DNA of 64,000 nucleotides from Candidatus Rokuibacteriota bacterium (GCA_016200085.1 JACQFL010000048.1:15350-79349), one strand, 5' to 3'. Shown: positions 37,079-46,983, numbered from the stretch's first letter. The notes: generated by a model from the letters alone, not told the origin. Program-made: numbers and translations.

Positions 37079-37884
37079 CCGACGATGTCTTCGCCGCCGT
37101 CCACGCCGATCACGTTGCCCGTGATCCAGTAGGCTTCGGGGTGGGCGAGAACGACGATGGCGCGCGCGACGTCCTGGGGCGTGGTCATGCGGCCGCTCGG
37201 GTTGCGCTGGCGGGCCTGCTCGACGAGCGCCTCGTGGCCGGGGATCTTCGCCAGCGCCGGCGTCTCCGTGACGCCGGCGCGGATGGCGTTCACGGTGATC
37301 CCGCGCGGGGCCAACTCCACGGCGAGCTGGCGGACGTGGGATTCCAGCGCGGCCTTCGCCGCCGAGACCGGCCCGTAGTGGGGCAGCACGCGCGTGCTGC
37401 CGGCAGACGTCATGGCGAAGATACGTCCGCCTTCGCCCATCAGGCCGCGGGCGACGATCTCCTGGGTCCAGTAGACGAGCGTGTGGGCCATGACGTCGAG
37501 GGTCATGTCCAGCTGGGCGGCGGTCGCGGCGTCCGTCATCGGATCGGCGACGAGCGGCTTCAGCGTGCCGAAGGCGAGGGAGTGGAGCAGCACGCTCACG
37601 CGGCCGCCCGGGCCGAGGATGCGCTCGATCGCGGTCACGACCTCCACACGCTTGTCGGCGTCGGCGGCGTTGACGTTGAAGAAGTGCGCCTGCCGTCCCA
37701 GGCCGCGGATCTCCTCGCCCAGGCGCTCCACGTTGGGCAGCGTCACCTTGCGGTCGAGGTGCACGCCGAGGACGTCGAGGCCGGCGCGCGCCAGCGCGCG
37801 GCTCGCGGCGGCGCCGAAGCCCGAGGAGGCGCCGAGCACCAGCGCGGCGCCGCGAAGGCGAATCGCGTCGGTCACGTTGCGCAT
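37075..37884 (-). CDS. SDR family oxidoreductase (FabL/enoyl-reductase-like)
   Basis: GASSGFG Rossmann motif, 269 aa. 4-nt overlap with uppP. Confidence 0.7.
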   Translation of the reverse strand: MRNVTDAIRLRGAALVLGASSGFGAAASRALARAGLDVLGVHLDRKVTLPNVERLGEEIRGLGRQAHFFNVNAADADKRVEVVTAIERILGPGGRVSVLLHSLAFGTLKPLVADPMTDAATAAQLDMTLDVMAHTLVYWTQEIVARGLMGEGGRIFAMTSAGSTRVLPHYGPVSAAKAALESHVRQLAVELAPRGITVNAIRAGVTETPALAKIPGHEALVEQARQRNPSGRMTTPQDVARAIVVLAHPEAYWITGNVIGVDGGEDIVG

Positions 37885-37907
37885 TCTATCGTAGAATCCG
37901 GGAGGTT

Positions 37908-38645
37908 ATGCCGAAGACGGCGGGCATCATCCTCATCGGCAACGAGATCCTTTCGGGCAAGATCGCGGACGCCAACGCGGCGTATCTCTGCCGCGAGCTG
38001 CGCGAGCTGGGCGTGGAGGTCCGGCGCATCACGGTGATTCCCGACGAGGTGGACCTCATCGCGCGCGAGGTGGCGGAGTTCAGCCGCGCCTTCGACGTCG
38101 TGTTCACCTCGGGCGGGGTGGGGCCCACCCACGACGACGTCACCATGGAGGGCGTGGCGCAGGCGCTGGGCACCCGGGTCGTGCGCCATCCGCACCTGGT
38201 GGAGCTGCTGCAGCGCTACTACGGGGACCGGATCAACGACGCCAGCCTCCGCATGGCCGAGGTGCCGGACGGGGCCGAGCTGCTGAGCGGCGGGTCGCTG
38301 CGCTTTCCCACCGTGTTCGCGCGCAACGTCTACGTGCTCCCGGGCGTGCCGGAGATCTTCCGGCAGAAGTTCGACACGCTTCGCGAGCGCTTCCGGGACG
38401 AGCCCTACCACCTTCGCCAGGTCTTCGTCGTGATCGGCGAGTCGGCGATCGCCGAGCACCTGAACACTGTGCTCGCCGCGTTCCCGGAACTCCTGCTCGG
38501 CTCTTACCCCGAGTTCTCGAACCCGGAATACCGGGTGAAGGTGACACTGGAGTCGAAGGACCTCGGGTACGTCGAGGCCGCGCTGGCCGCGCTGCTCGAT
38601 CGCCTGCCGGCGGACGCGGTGGTCAAGGTGATCCAGGGGCGCTGA
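37908..38645 (+). CDS. CinA-like / molybdopterin-binding (MoCF biosynthesis) domain protein
   Basis: MPKTAGIILIGNEILSGKIADANAAYL. Confidence 0.7.
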   Translation: MPKTAGIILIGNEILSGKIADANAAYLCRELRELGVEVRRITVIPDEVDLIAREVAEFSRAFDVVFTSGGVGPTHDDVTMEGVAQALGTRVVRHPHLVELLQRYYGDRINDASLRMAEVPDGAELLSGGSLRFPTVFARNVYVLPGVPEIFRQKFDTLRERFRDEPYHLRQVFVVIGESAIAEHLNTVLAAFPELLLGSYPEFSNPEYRVKVTLESKDLGYVEAALAALLDRLPADAVVKVIQGR

Positions 38646-40381
38646 CGGCCCTGAGCGCGCTCGTCCCGCTCGCCGTCGCGGTCGTCGCGGCCGCGCTGTA
38701 CCTGATCGGCCTCGGCCGTGCGCCGTTCCTCGATCCGCCCGAGGGCTTCCACGCCGCCGTCGCGCTCGACATCGTGCGGAGCGGCGACTGGATCACGCTT
38801 CACGTCGACGGCGTCCGCTACTTCGACAAGCCCCCGCTGCCGTACTGGCTCATGGCGTCGGTCTTCCACGCCGCCGCGCCCGAGCCCTTTGCCGCGCGGC
38901 TCGTGCCGGCGCTGGCCGCGGTGGCGTGCGCGTCGCTGACCGCGTGGCTCGGGGTGCGGCTCGGGGGCGCGCGGGTCGGGCTGATCGCCGGCCTCATGAC
39001 CGCGGCGAACCTCGGCTTCTTCCTCTACGGGCGCATCGTCAAGCCCGACACGCTGTTCATCCTGTGCCTGTTCCTCGCGTGGGCCGGTTTCGTCCTCGCC
39101 TGGTTCGGCCGGGGCCGGCTGGTGCTCGCGCTCTTCTGGGCGGGCCTCGGCCTGGCCGCGATCGCCAAGGACGTGGTGGGCGCGCTGGCGCCCCTGGCCA
39201 TCGCCGCGCTCTTCTTCGGGCTCGTCGGCGAGCGGCGGTGGCGGGACTTCGTGCCCTGGTGGGGCCTTGGCGTCTTCGCCGTGCTCGCGCTGCCCTGGCA
39301 CCTGCTGGTCGAGCGGCGCAACCCCGGCTTCTTCTGGTACACGATCGTCGACAACCACCTCCTGAACTTCATGCGCCAGCGGAGGTTTCCCGACGAGGAC
39401 GTGACCCTCGGCGCGCTGGAGTTCCTGGCCGTGACCGCGGCCGCCTTCCTGCCGTGGCTGCTCGCGGTGCCGTGGGCGGTCGGGCAGGCCTTCCGCGACC
39501 GCCACGGCCTCGCCACCGAGCGGCTGTGGGCGCTCTTCGCGCTCTGGCCGCTCGTCCTCGTCGCGTTCTTCACGCTCTCGCCGTTCAAGCTGCCGCATTA
39601 CGGCCTGCCCGCGGTGCCCGCGCTCGCCCTGCTCGCGGCGCGGACGTGGGACGCGAGCATCGCGCGGGCGCCGGACGCGCCGGGCCCGCGAGCCCTGCTG
39701 GTGCCCATCGTGGTGCTGTTCGCGGCGGGCGCCGTCGCGCTCGCCGCGGCCTGGGCCGGGGCGCTGCCCCTGCCGGACGACGTCCTCGACGCGGTGGATC
39801 TGGCGTCCCGGAATCGCGCCGCCCAGGGCCTCGGCTCCGGGCCTTCCCCCTTCGTGACGTGGCGGCCGGTGATCGGCACCACGGCGCTCCTGCTCGGGGG
39901 CGGCGCCCTCGCGCTCGCGGTGGCCGCGTGGCGCCGGGCGGGCTCGGCCGGCGTCGCGCTCGCGCTCGCCGTCGTGCTGGGCTTCCTGCCGCTCGCGGGC
40001 CGGGGGATGGCCGACTTCGCGCGCCTGCGGTCGGTGGCGCCGCTCGCCGCGGGGCTCGCGACGCGCGTGCACCCCGGCGAGGTGGTGGCCCACGAGGGCC
40101 CGATCGAGAATGCCGCCTCGCTGCTGCTCACGCTGCGCGCGCCGCTGCGCATCGTGGACGGGCTGCAGTCGAACCTCGCCTTCGGCGCCACGTTCGCGGA
40201 GGCGCGCGACGTGTTCTGGGACGGCGCGCGCCTGCGCGCCGCGTGGACGGGAGCCGCGCGCTGTTACCTGGTCACCTCCCGGGGGCCGGAGGGCAGCGTC
40301 ACGGCCACGCTGCCCCCCGAGCGCCTGCACCTGCTCGCGCGCAACGGCACGCGGAGGCTCTACTCGAATCTTGCCGATTGA
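38642..40381 (+). CDS. GT39-family (ArnT/PMT-like) lipid-carrier-dependent glycosyltransferase. The start codon is uncertain.
   Basis: PMT_2 features, including a DPPEGFHAAVALDIVRSGDW motif resembling the ArnT DExRYAExAREM...SGDW motif. The conserved N-terminal TM helix lies upstream of the first ATG/GTG (38774). Only a CTG is available in frame, right after the CinA stop. Confidence 0.65.
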   Translation: MTALSALVPLAVAVVAAALYLIGLGRAPFLDPPEGFHAAVALDIVRSGDWITLHVDGVRYFDKPPLPYWLMASVFHAAAPEPFAARLVPALAAVACASLTAWLGVRLGGARVGLIAGLMTAANLGFFLYGRIVKPDTLFILCLFLAWAGFVLAWFGRGRLVLALFWAGLGLAAIAKDVVGALAPLAIAALFFGLVGERRWRDFVPWWGLGVFAVLALPWHLLVERRNPGFFWYTIVDNHLLNFMRQRRFPDEDVTLGALEFLAVTAAAFLPWLLAVPWAVGQAFRDRHGLATERLWALFALWPLVLVAFFTLSPFKLPHYGLPAVPALALLAARTWDASIARAPDAPGPRALLVPIVVLFAAGAVALAAAWAGALPLPDDVLDAVDLASRNRAAQGLGSGPSPFVTWRPVIGTTALLLGGGALALAVAAWRRAGSAGVALALAVVLGFLPLAGRGMADFARLRSVAPLAAGLATRVHPGEVVAHEGPIENAASLLLTLRAPLRIVDGLQSNLAFGATFAEARDVFWDGARLRAAWTGAARCYLVTSRGPEGSVTATLPPERLHLLARNGTRRLYSNLAD

Positions 40382-40409
40382 GGCGACGCGCCCGCATATC
40401 ATTTGACCG

Positions 40410-41198
40410 GTGAGCCCGATGGCAGGTGAGCGCTCGGCCCGGCCCAAAGTCGTGGTGGTCATGCCGGCCTACAACGCCGGCCGCACCCTGCGCCTCACGT
40501 ACGAGGAGCTGCCCAAGGACACGGTCAACCTCGTGATCCTGGTCGACGACGGCTCCTCGGACGCCACCCTCGAGGTCGCGCGCGAGCTGGGCCTGGAGGT
40601 CTTCGTCCACAACAAGAACTACGGCTACGGCGCCAACCAGAAGACGTGCTACGCGGAGGCCCTTCGCGCGGGGGCCGACGTGGTGGTGATGGTGCACCCG
40701 GACTACCAGTACGATCCGACCCTGGTGCCGCAGATCATCGAGCCCATCCTGCGCGACGAGGCCGACGTGGTGCTCGGCTCGCGGCTCAAGGCGGGCTCGG
40801 CGCTCGCGCAGGGGATGCCGTGGTGGAAATTCGTCGCCAACCGCTTCCTCACGGGGGTGGAGAACCGCGTCTTCGGGCTCGAGCTCTCCGAGTACCACAC
40901 CGGCTACCGGGCCTTCCGCCGCGAGGTGCTGGAGACCGTGAACTTCCGCGCGAACTCCGACGGGTTCGTCTTCGACCAGGAGATCATCGGGCAGGTGGTG
41001 GCGGCCGGCTTCCGGCTCGCCGAGATCCCGGTGCCCACGCGCTACTTTCCCGAGGCCTCCTCCGCCAGCTTCGTGGCCTCGACCGTCTACGGGCTGCGCA
41101 TCCTCTCGACGCTCTTCTGGTACACGCTCCACCGGCAGGGTCTGCGCCGCTCGCGCCGCTTCGACAGCCTGCGCGCCCGCTACACGCGCCTGGAGTGA
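40410..41198 (+). CDS. GT2-family glycosyltransferase (polyprenyl-phosphate sugar transferase, DPM/ArnC-like)
   Basis: VVMPAYNAG ... VDDGSSD ... GSRL motifs. Confidence 0.8.
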   Translation: MSPMAGERSARPKVVVVMPAYNAGRTLRLTYEELPKDTVNLVILVDDGSSDATLEVARELGLEVFVHNKNYGYGANQKTCYAEALRAGADVVVMVHPDYQYDPTLVPQIIEPILRDEADVVLGSRLKAGSALAQGMPWWKFVANRFLTGVENRVFGLELSEYHTGYRAFRREVLETVNFRANSDGFVFDQEIIGQVVAAGFRLAEIPVPTRYFPEASSASFVASTVYGLRILSTLFWYTLHRQGLRRSRRFDSLRARYTRLE

Positions 41199-42733
41199 CC
41201 GCCACCGTCCGCGTCCTCGACGGGCTCGCCGTCGTGATCGCCCTGGCCCTGCTCGTGATGCTCGCCACCGGCGTCATCGCGCTCGGCGCCGCCGTCCTCG
41301 ACCGGCCCGAGGATCTGCTCGTCGCCCTCGTGGTGGTGGTCGCGACGCGGGCGTGGCTACGTCCGATCCCCCTGCCGGCGGTGCGACCCGGGCGCGCCGT
41401 CGCCCTCGGGGTCGTGGTCTACGTGCTCGTGATGTCGTTCATCGCGCTCACGCGCCACGCTGCCCTCCGCAGCCACGCCCTCGATCTCGGCCAGTACCTG
41501 CAGATCGTCTGGAACATCGCGCACGGGCGCGGGCCGGTGTCGACGGTCGTGCCCACGTACATGACGGCCGAGCGCATGCACGCCTGGGGCGATCACTTCT
41601 CGCCGGTGTTCTATCTGCTCGCGCCGCTCCAGCGGGTGGCGCCGGGCGCCGCCTCGCTGCTCCTGGCCCAGACCGTCATCCTCGCCGCGGGCGCGCCGGT
41701 GGTGTACCGGTGGGCGACGCGCGTGCTCGGCGACCCGCGGGCGGCGGCCGCCTTCGCGCTGCTCTACCTCGTGAGCCCGAGCCTGCAGGGTATCAACGCG
41801 CGCGACATTCATCCGGCGGCCTTCGCGATCCCGCTCCTGCTGGCGGCGGCCTGGGCCGTCGATGCCGGACGCTGGGGCTGGGGCGTCGCGGCCCTCGTGC
41901 TGACGCTGGCGTGCCGGGAGGACGCGGCGGTCGCGGTCGTCGGCTTCGCCGTGTGGCTGGCCCTCGCGCGGCGGCGCCACGTCGCCGCCGCGGTCGTGGC
42001 GGCGGCCGCGCTGGCCGTGCTGGCGGTCGACGTCTCGCTCCTGATGCCGCGCTTCCGCGGCGGCGCCTACGTCCACCTCGGCCGCTACGCGCACCTCGGG
42101 ACGTCGCTCGGCGGGATCGTCGTCTCCCTCGCGCTCAGGCCGTGGCGGTGGATCGCGATCGGGCTGACCCCGGCCCGGCTCGTGTACCTCGGCGCCCTGC
42201 TGCTGCCGCTGGCCCTGCTGCCGCTCCGCGCCCCGCTCGTCGCGGCGGCGGCCGTGCCCGGCCTGGCCATCAACCTGCTCGCGCTGGATCCCAAGCTCGT
42301 CGATCCGCAGGCCCAGTACCAGGCCTTCGTGCTGCCCTTCCTCGTGCTGGCCGCGGTGGAGGGCTACCGCCGGCTGCGCGATGAGCGCTGGAGGCGCCTG
42401 GCCCTGCCCGCGGCGTTCGCGCTGAGCCTGGTCCTCACCGCGCGCACGGCGAACGACCTCAGCGTGAGGTTCTGGGGCTTCGGGGACGTCCAGCGCGGCG
42501 CCTACGCGCTGATGGCGCGCGTCCCGGCGGGCGCGGCGATCAGCGCCAACGAGCGGCTGGTGCCCCATCTGGCCACGCGCCCGGAGGTGCACGTGTTCCC
42601 GCGCGGGCTGGACACGAGCGAGTACGTCCTCGAGATGCGATCGGCGGCGGCCAGGGTGCCCTCCGACCGCTACGCGGTCGTCGCCAGCGCCGATCCCTGG
42701 GTGCTCTGGCAGCGCAGTGGCAGTGGGAGGTGA
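41195..42733 (+). CDS. DUF2079-family polytopic membrane protein
   Basis: GTG start overlapping the GT2 stop (GTGA). LGQYLQIVWNIAHGRGPVSTVV. Confidence 0.65.
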   Translation: MTATVRVLDGLAVVIALALLVMLATGVIALGAAVLDRPEDLLVALVVVVATRAWLRPIPLPAVRPGRAVALGVVVYVLVMSFIALTRHAALRSHALDLGQYLQIVWNIAHGRGPVSTVVPTYMTAERMHAWGDHFSPVFYLLAPLQRVAPGAASLLLAQTVILAAGAPVVYRWATRVLGDPRAAAAFALLYLVSPSLQGINARDIHPAAFAIPLLLAAAWAVDAGRWGWGVAALVLTLACREDAAVAVVGFAVWLALARRRHVAAAVVAAAALAVLAVDVSLLMPRFRGGAYVHLGRYAHLGTSLGGIVVSLALRPWRWIAIGLTPARLVYLGALLLPLALLPLRAPLVAAAAVPGLAINLLALDPKLVDPQAQYQAFVLPFLVLAAVEGYRRLRDERWRRLALPAAFALSLVLTARTANDLSVRFWGFGDVQRGAYALMARVPAGAAISANERLVPHLATRPEVHVFPRGLDTSEYVLEMRSAAARVPSDRYAVVASADPWVLWQRSGSGR

Positions 42734-42875
42734 GCCGCCGCCGCGGCGGCGAGCCGAGCGGGGTGTGAGGTGGGCGCGCGGCGCGCGCCCGCCCGAGCGG
42801 TGAAATGCCTGAATAGCGTGAGGTGAGCCACCGCCGCGGCCGCGAGATGAGCGGTGAGATTCCGAATCACGCGCC

Positions 42876-43283
42876 TCACTCGGCCGGCGCGGCGCCCAGG
42901 ACGTGGGAGGCGTGGTGGAGCGCCAGCCGCCAGCCATCCCGCGAGCGCTCGAACAGGTTGGTGGCGAGTACCGACGCCGCCGACAGGCGGCCGTCCACCT
43001 CGGAGAGGATGTTCTCGGTGCAGGTGACCCACGCCAGCTCGGCGCGGGCGACCACGGCGACGTCGGTGATCGTGAAGCGCATCTCGGCGGTGTTCTCGAA
43101 GATCGCCTCCCACGACTGGCGCACCGCCTCCCAGCCCACGAGCAACGGCCAGCCCGGGTGCACGCACTTGACGTGGGCACCATGGAGCCAGACCTTGTCC
43201 ATCTCGGCGAGGTCGAGGGCCTCGAAGGCGCGATAGAAGCGCGCGTTGGCCTCTTCGAGGGCCGCCTCGTCGCCGGGGCTCAC
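42876..43283 (-). CDS. SnoaL-like / NTF2-like (DUF4440) domain protein
   Basis: EEANARFYRAFEALDLAEMDKVW... GTG start overlapping the Rieske stop. Confidence 0.55.
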   Translation of the reverse strand: MSPGDEAALEEANARFYRAFEALDLAEMDKVWLHGAHVKCVHPGWPLLVGWEAVRQSWEAIFENTAEMRFTITDVAVVARAELAWVTCTENILSEVDGRLSAASVLATNLFERSRDGWRLALHHASHVLGAAPAE

Positions 43284-43627
43284 GGCAGGCCGGAGACCAC
43301 GAGGGCCTCGCCCTCGAGGCGCAGCGGCAGTGGAGTGAGCGCGTCGCCCGCGCAGGGGCCGGCGACGCAGGCGCCGCTGGCGGGCTCGAACACCGCGCCG
43401 TGCGTCGCGCAGATCAGCCAGCGGCCGTCGTCGCTCAGGAACTCGTTGGGCCAGAGGTCGAGCGTGGTGCCCGTGTGCGGACAGCGGTTGACGTACGCGC
43501 CGTACGTGCCCTGGTGGTTGACGACGAACGCCTGCACGGGACGGCCGCCGCACGCGACGGCGAAGGCGAGGGTGCGCCCCGGAGGCAGATCGGCCGCCTG
43601 GCAGCGCCACTCGGGCGGGGCCGTCAT
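43280..43627 (-). CDS. Rieske [2Fe-2S] domain protein
   Basis: CPHTG ... CATHGA cluster ligands. Confidence 0.7.
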   Translation of the reverse strand: MTAPPEWRCQAADLPPGRTLAFAVACGGRPVQAFVVNHQGTYGAYVNRCPHTGTTLDLWPNEFLSDDGRWLICATHGAVFEPASGACVAGPCAGDALTPLPLRLEGEALVVSGLP

Positions 43628-43650
43628 GGGCCGCATGGTACCATCGCCTC

Positions 43651-44586
43651 ATGCTCGCGATCGACGCGCGGGACGTCGTCAAGACGTTCCGCTCGGGGGT
43701 GTTTCGGCGTCGCGCGACGGCGGCCCTCTCCGGTGTCTCCCTGGCGGTCCCGCGTGGCGCGATCTTCGGCGTGCTGGGACCGAACGGCGCCGGCAAGACC
43801 ACTCTGCTCTCGATCCTGGCGACGCTGCTGATCCCGGACGGCGGGCAGGTGACGGTGCTCGGTCACGACGTGCGGCGCGAGGCGACGCTGATCCGCCGCC
43901 GGCTCAACATGGCGAGCGGCAACGCCTCGTTCCTCTGGAACCAGCGCCCCGCCGAGATCCTGGCCTTCTACGGGCGGCTCTACGGGCTCTCGGGCCGCGC
44001 GCTGCGCCGTCGCGTCGACGACCTGCTCGAGCTGTGCGAGCTGACGGCGTACCGCCGCGTCGCCTACAACGCGCTCTCAACGGGATTCAAGCAGCGCCTG
44101 GCGCTCGCGAAATCCCTGGTCAACGACCCGGAGCTCCTGTTCCTCGACGAGCCCACGCTCGGGCTCGATCCCGACGTCGCGGCCCGACTGCGCGGGCGCA
44201 TCGCCGATCTGCGGCGCGAGCGCGGGATGACCATCGTGCTCACGACCCACTACATGCGCGAGGCCGAGCAGCTCTGCGACGAGATCGCGTTCATCAAGGG
44301 CGGCCGCGTGCTCGCGCGGGGCACGGCGGGGGAGCTCAAGCGCCAGATCCGGATCGGCGAGGTCATCGCCTTCCGGCTCGATCCTCCGGCGGCGCCGTGG
44401 CTCGGCGAGGCCGCCGGGGTGCTCCGCTGCGTGACGCACGACGGGCGCATCGAGTGCACGGTGGACGAGGCCGAGAAGCGCCTGCCCGAGCTGCTCCGGC
44501 GCCTGCACGACGAGGGCGCGGTGGTGCGGGACGTCCAGGTGCGCGAGCCCGAGCTGGAGGAGGTGTTCGTTGAGCTGGCGCGCTGA
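43651..44586 (+). CDS. ABC transporter ATP-binding protein (ABC-2/DrrA-like exporter)
   Basis: GPNGAGKTT, LSTGFKQRLALA, LFLDEPT. Confidence 0.85.
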   Translation: MLAIDARDVVKTFRSGVFRRRATAALSGVSLAVPRGAIFGVLGPNGAGKTTLLSILATLLIPDGGQVTVLGHDVRREATLIRRRLNMASGNASFLWNQRPAEILAFYGRLYGLSGRALRRRVDDLLELCELTAYRRVAYNALSTGFKQRLALAKSLVNDPELLFLDEPTLGLDPDVAARLRGRIADLRRERGMTIVLTTHYMREAEQLCDEIAFIKGGRVLARGTAGELKRQIRIGEVIAFRLDPPAAPWLGEAAGVLRCVTHDGRIECTVDEAEKRLPELLRRLHDEGAVVRDVQVREPELEEVFVELAR

Positions 44587-45364
44587 GGCCGTCGCCGTCT
44601 GGGCCTTCGCGCTGCGCAACCTCCAGATGGCGTCGCGCAACGTGTTCCTGATCTTCGAGATCCTGTTCTGGCCGGTGCTCGGCGTGCTGATGATCGGGCT
44701 CATGACGTCGTTCCTCCGGCTGACCCCCGAGTCGACTGCGTTCCTGCTCATCGGGCAGATCACCATGTCGACGGTGCACGTCTGCCAGCTCGACGTGGCG
44801 TACTCCGTCCTCTACGACGTCTGGAGCAAGTCGATCAAGCACGGTTTCCTCGCCCCCATCGGCGTGCACCACCTGACGCTCGGCTCGTGGCTGGTGGGGA
44901 TGCTCCGCGGGCTGGTCGTGTTCGCGCTCGCCGCCGCGCTCGGCCGCTGGACGTTCGGCTTCCACCCGCTGCAGCCGGGCGTGCTCGCGCTGGCGACCTT
45001 TCTCGCCGGCTGCTTCCTGACGGCGTGGGTGGTGAGCGTGAGCGTCTGCGCCCTCATCATGCTGCTCGGCGCGCGCGCGGAGACGGCCGCGTGGGCGTGC
45101 GTCAACTTCATCCTCGTCCTCGCCGGGATCTACTACCCGATCGACGTGCTGCCCGGGCCGGTGGCCGCGGTGGCCATGGCCATCCCGCTCACGTACTTCC
45201 TCGACGCCTACCGCGCGCACTTCGGCTTTCCCTCGTCGTTCACGGCGCCGGTCGCGACCGGCTTCGCGCTGTCCGCGGCCTACGCGGCGCTGAGCCACTG
45301 GGCCCTCTGGGCGGCCGTCCGCCACGCGCGGCGCTCGGGCCTGCTCCTCAAGATGTCGGAATGA
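44570..45364 (+). CDS. ABC-2 family transporter permease
   Basis: 6-TM ABC-2 membrane protein. Overlaps the ATPase stop. Confidence 0.75.
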   Translation: MSWRAEAVAVWAFALRNLQMASRNVFLIFEILFWPVLGVLMIGLMTSFLRLTPESTAFLLIGQITMSTVHVCQLDVAYSVLYDVWSKSIKHGFLAPIGVHHLTLGSWLVGMLRGLVVFALAAALGRWTFGFHPLQPGVLALATFLAGCFLTAWVVSVSVCALIMLLGARAETAAWACVNFILVLAGIYYPIDVLPGPVAAVAMAIPLTYFLDAYRAHFGFPSSFTAPVATGFALSAAYAALSHWALWAAVRHARRSGLLLKMSE

Positions 45365-45425
45365 GCGCGCCGAGCGACCCGAGCGGGCGGCGCCCCGCCC
45401 GTCGCTGCCGCGCGCGCGGAATCCA

Positions 45426-45578
45426 ATGAGCGCCTCGACGCTGCCGGATCTGCCACTCGCGAGCGCCGGACCGGTGAGCGCGCTCTTCACCGCGCGGGGG
45501 CTCACCACCGTCGGCACGCTCGTGCTGGAGGAGGGGCGCGGCAAGTGCACGACCAAGCTGTCGGGCGTCGAGCTCTGA
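45426..45578 (+). CDS. Possible small protein (50 aa) not in the ORF track
   Basis: ATG...TGA with strong GC3 bias (MSASTLPDLPLASAGPVSALFTARGLTTVGTLVLEEGRGKCTTKLSGVEL). No obvious Shine-Dalgarno sequence. Confidence 0.25.
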   Translation: MSASTLPDLPLASAGPVSALFTARGLTTVGTLVLEEGRGKCTTKLSGVEL

Positions 45579-45612
45579 TATCCTGCGGCGTGCTGCCGAC
45601 TCCACCCAGGAG

Positions 45613-46242
45613 ATGACGCGCATGGACATCACCGCGTTCGCCCGCATCAGCCCGTGCACGTTCGCCGAGGTCGTCACGCGCGACCGCGTGATGGACCACG
45701 GCATGAAGCCGCTCTATCCCGACATGCCGCGGCTGGTAGGGCCGGCGTATCCCGTCGAGTGCCCCCCGGGCGACAACCTCATGCTCCACGTGGCCATCCA
45801 TCGCGCGCCCGAGGGATCGGTGATCGTGTGCAAAGCCGGGGACAGCAACTGGGCGATGGCGGGGGGCAACGTCTGCGCCTACGCCCAGCAGCGCGGCGTC
45901 GCGGGCCTCGTGGTCGACGGCGTGATCCGCGACCTTGCGGAGACGCGCAGCAACCGGTTCCCGGTCATCGCCCGCGGGGTGGTGCCCAAGCCCGGCGTGC
46001 GCAAGCAGGTCGGCACCCTGAACGGCCCCGTCGTGTGCGGCGGGGTCCGGGTCGAGCCCGGCGACCTCGTGGTCGGTGACGAGGAGGGCGTGGTCGTGGT
46101 GCCGGCGGCGCGCGCCAAGGAGATCCTCGAGGCCGCGCAGGCCCGCGCGGACAATGACGCGCAGACGCCGCTGGAGGCCTGGGTGGCCAATCACAAGAAG
46201 AACATCGACGCGGCCCTCGCGGAGCTGGGCTTCACGGGGTAG
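45613..46242 (+). CDS. RraA-family protein (RraA / 4-hydroxy-4-methyl-2-oxoglutarate aldolase-like)
   Basis: GDNLMLHVAI...GDVVVGDEEGVVVVP. Confidence 0.7.
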   Translation: MTRMDITAFARISPCTFAEVVTRDRVMDHGMKPLYPDMPRLVGPAYPVECPPGDNLMLHVAIHRAPEGSVIVCKAGDSNWAMAGGNVCAYAQQRGVAGLVVDGVIRDLAETRSNRFPVIARGVVPKPGVRKQVGTLNGPVVCGGVRVEPGDLVVGDEEGVVVVPAARAKEILEAAQARADNDAQTPLEAWVANHKKNIDAALAELGFTG

Positions 46243-46245
46243 TCC

Positions 46246-46983
46246 ATGCCGCCCGTCCTCTCGGCCCTCGTGCTGGGCTTCGTCCTCGGCTTGCAGCACG
46301 CGACGGATCCCGATCACCTCGTGGCGGTGGCCACCATCGTCACCCGCGAGCGCCGCCTCGGGGCCGGCGCGCTCGTGGGCGCCTTCTGGGGGCTGGGCCA
46401 CACCCTGACCCTGGGCGTCGTCGGCGGACTCATCATCGCGCTCGGCCTGCGCGTGCCCGACGCGCTGGGCCGCGGGCTGGAGCTGGCGGTCGCCGCGATG
46501 CTGGTCCTGCTCGGCGCGGCGCGCCTGCGGGACGCGCTGCGGGGCTGGGGCGCCGTCGACCGCGCGCACATCGTGGCCGATCACGAGCACGACGGTCACG
46601 AGGCCTTCCACAGCCATGGCCACGAGCACGGTGACCTGCGCCACGGCCATCCCCACGTGCATCCCTCGCGCGCGCTCGTCGACGCGCTGCGCGAGCGCCG
46701 GCCGGGCGCCCGGGCGTTCGTCGTGGGGATCGTGCACGGCCTGGCCGGCAGCGCGGCCGTCGCGCTCCTCGTGCTGACGACGCTGCGCTCCCCCTGGGCC
46801 GCCGCGCTCTATCTCCTCATCTTCGGCGCGGGCACCGTCGCGGGGATGACCGCGCTCACCGGCGCCATGGCGCTGCCGGTGACGCTCGCGCTCCGGCTCC
46901 GCTGGGCGCCGCGGGCGCTCGCCTTCGGCGCGGGGGTGGGTTCGGTGGCGTTCGGCGTCGTCTACGCCGTGCGCCTGCTCTAG
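46246..46983 (+). CDS. Nickel/cobalt transporter of the NiCoT/RcnA type (HX4DH signature, His-rich loop)
   Basis: GLQHATDPDHLVAV signature. Loop HEHDGHEAFHSHGHEHGDLRHGHPHVHP. Confidence 0.7.
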   Translation: MPPVLSALVLGFVLGLQHATDPDHLVAVATIVTRERRLGAGALVGAFWGLGHTLTLGVVGGLIIALGLRVPDALGRGLELAVAAMLVLLGAARLRDALRGWGAVDRAHIVADHEHDGHEAFHSHGHEHGDLRHGHPHVHPSRALVDALRERRPGARAFVVGIVHGLAGSAAVALLVLTTLRSPWAAALYLLIFGAGTVAGMTALTGAMALPVTLALRLRWAPRALAFGAGVGSVAFGVVYAVRLL

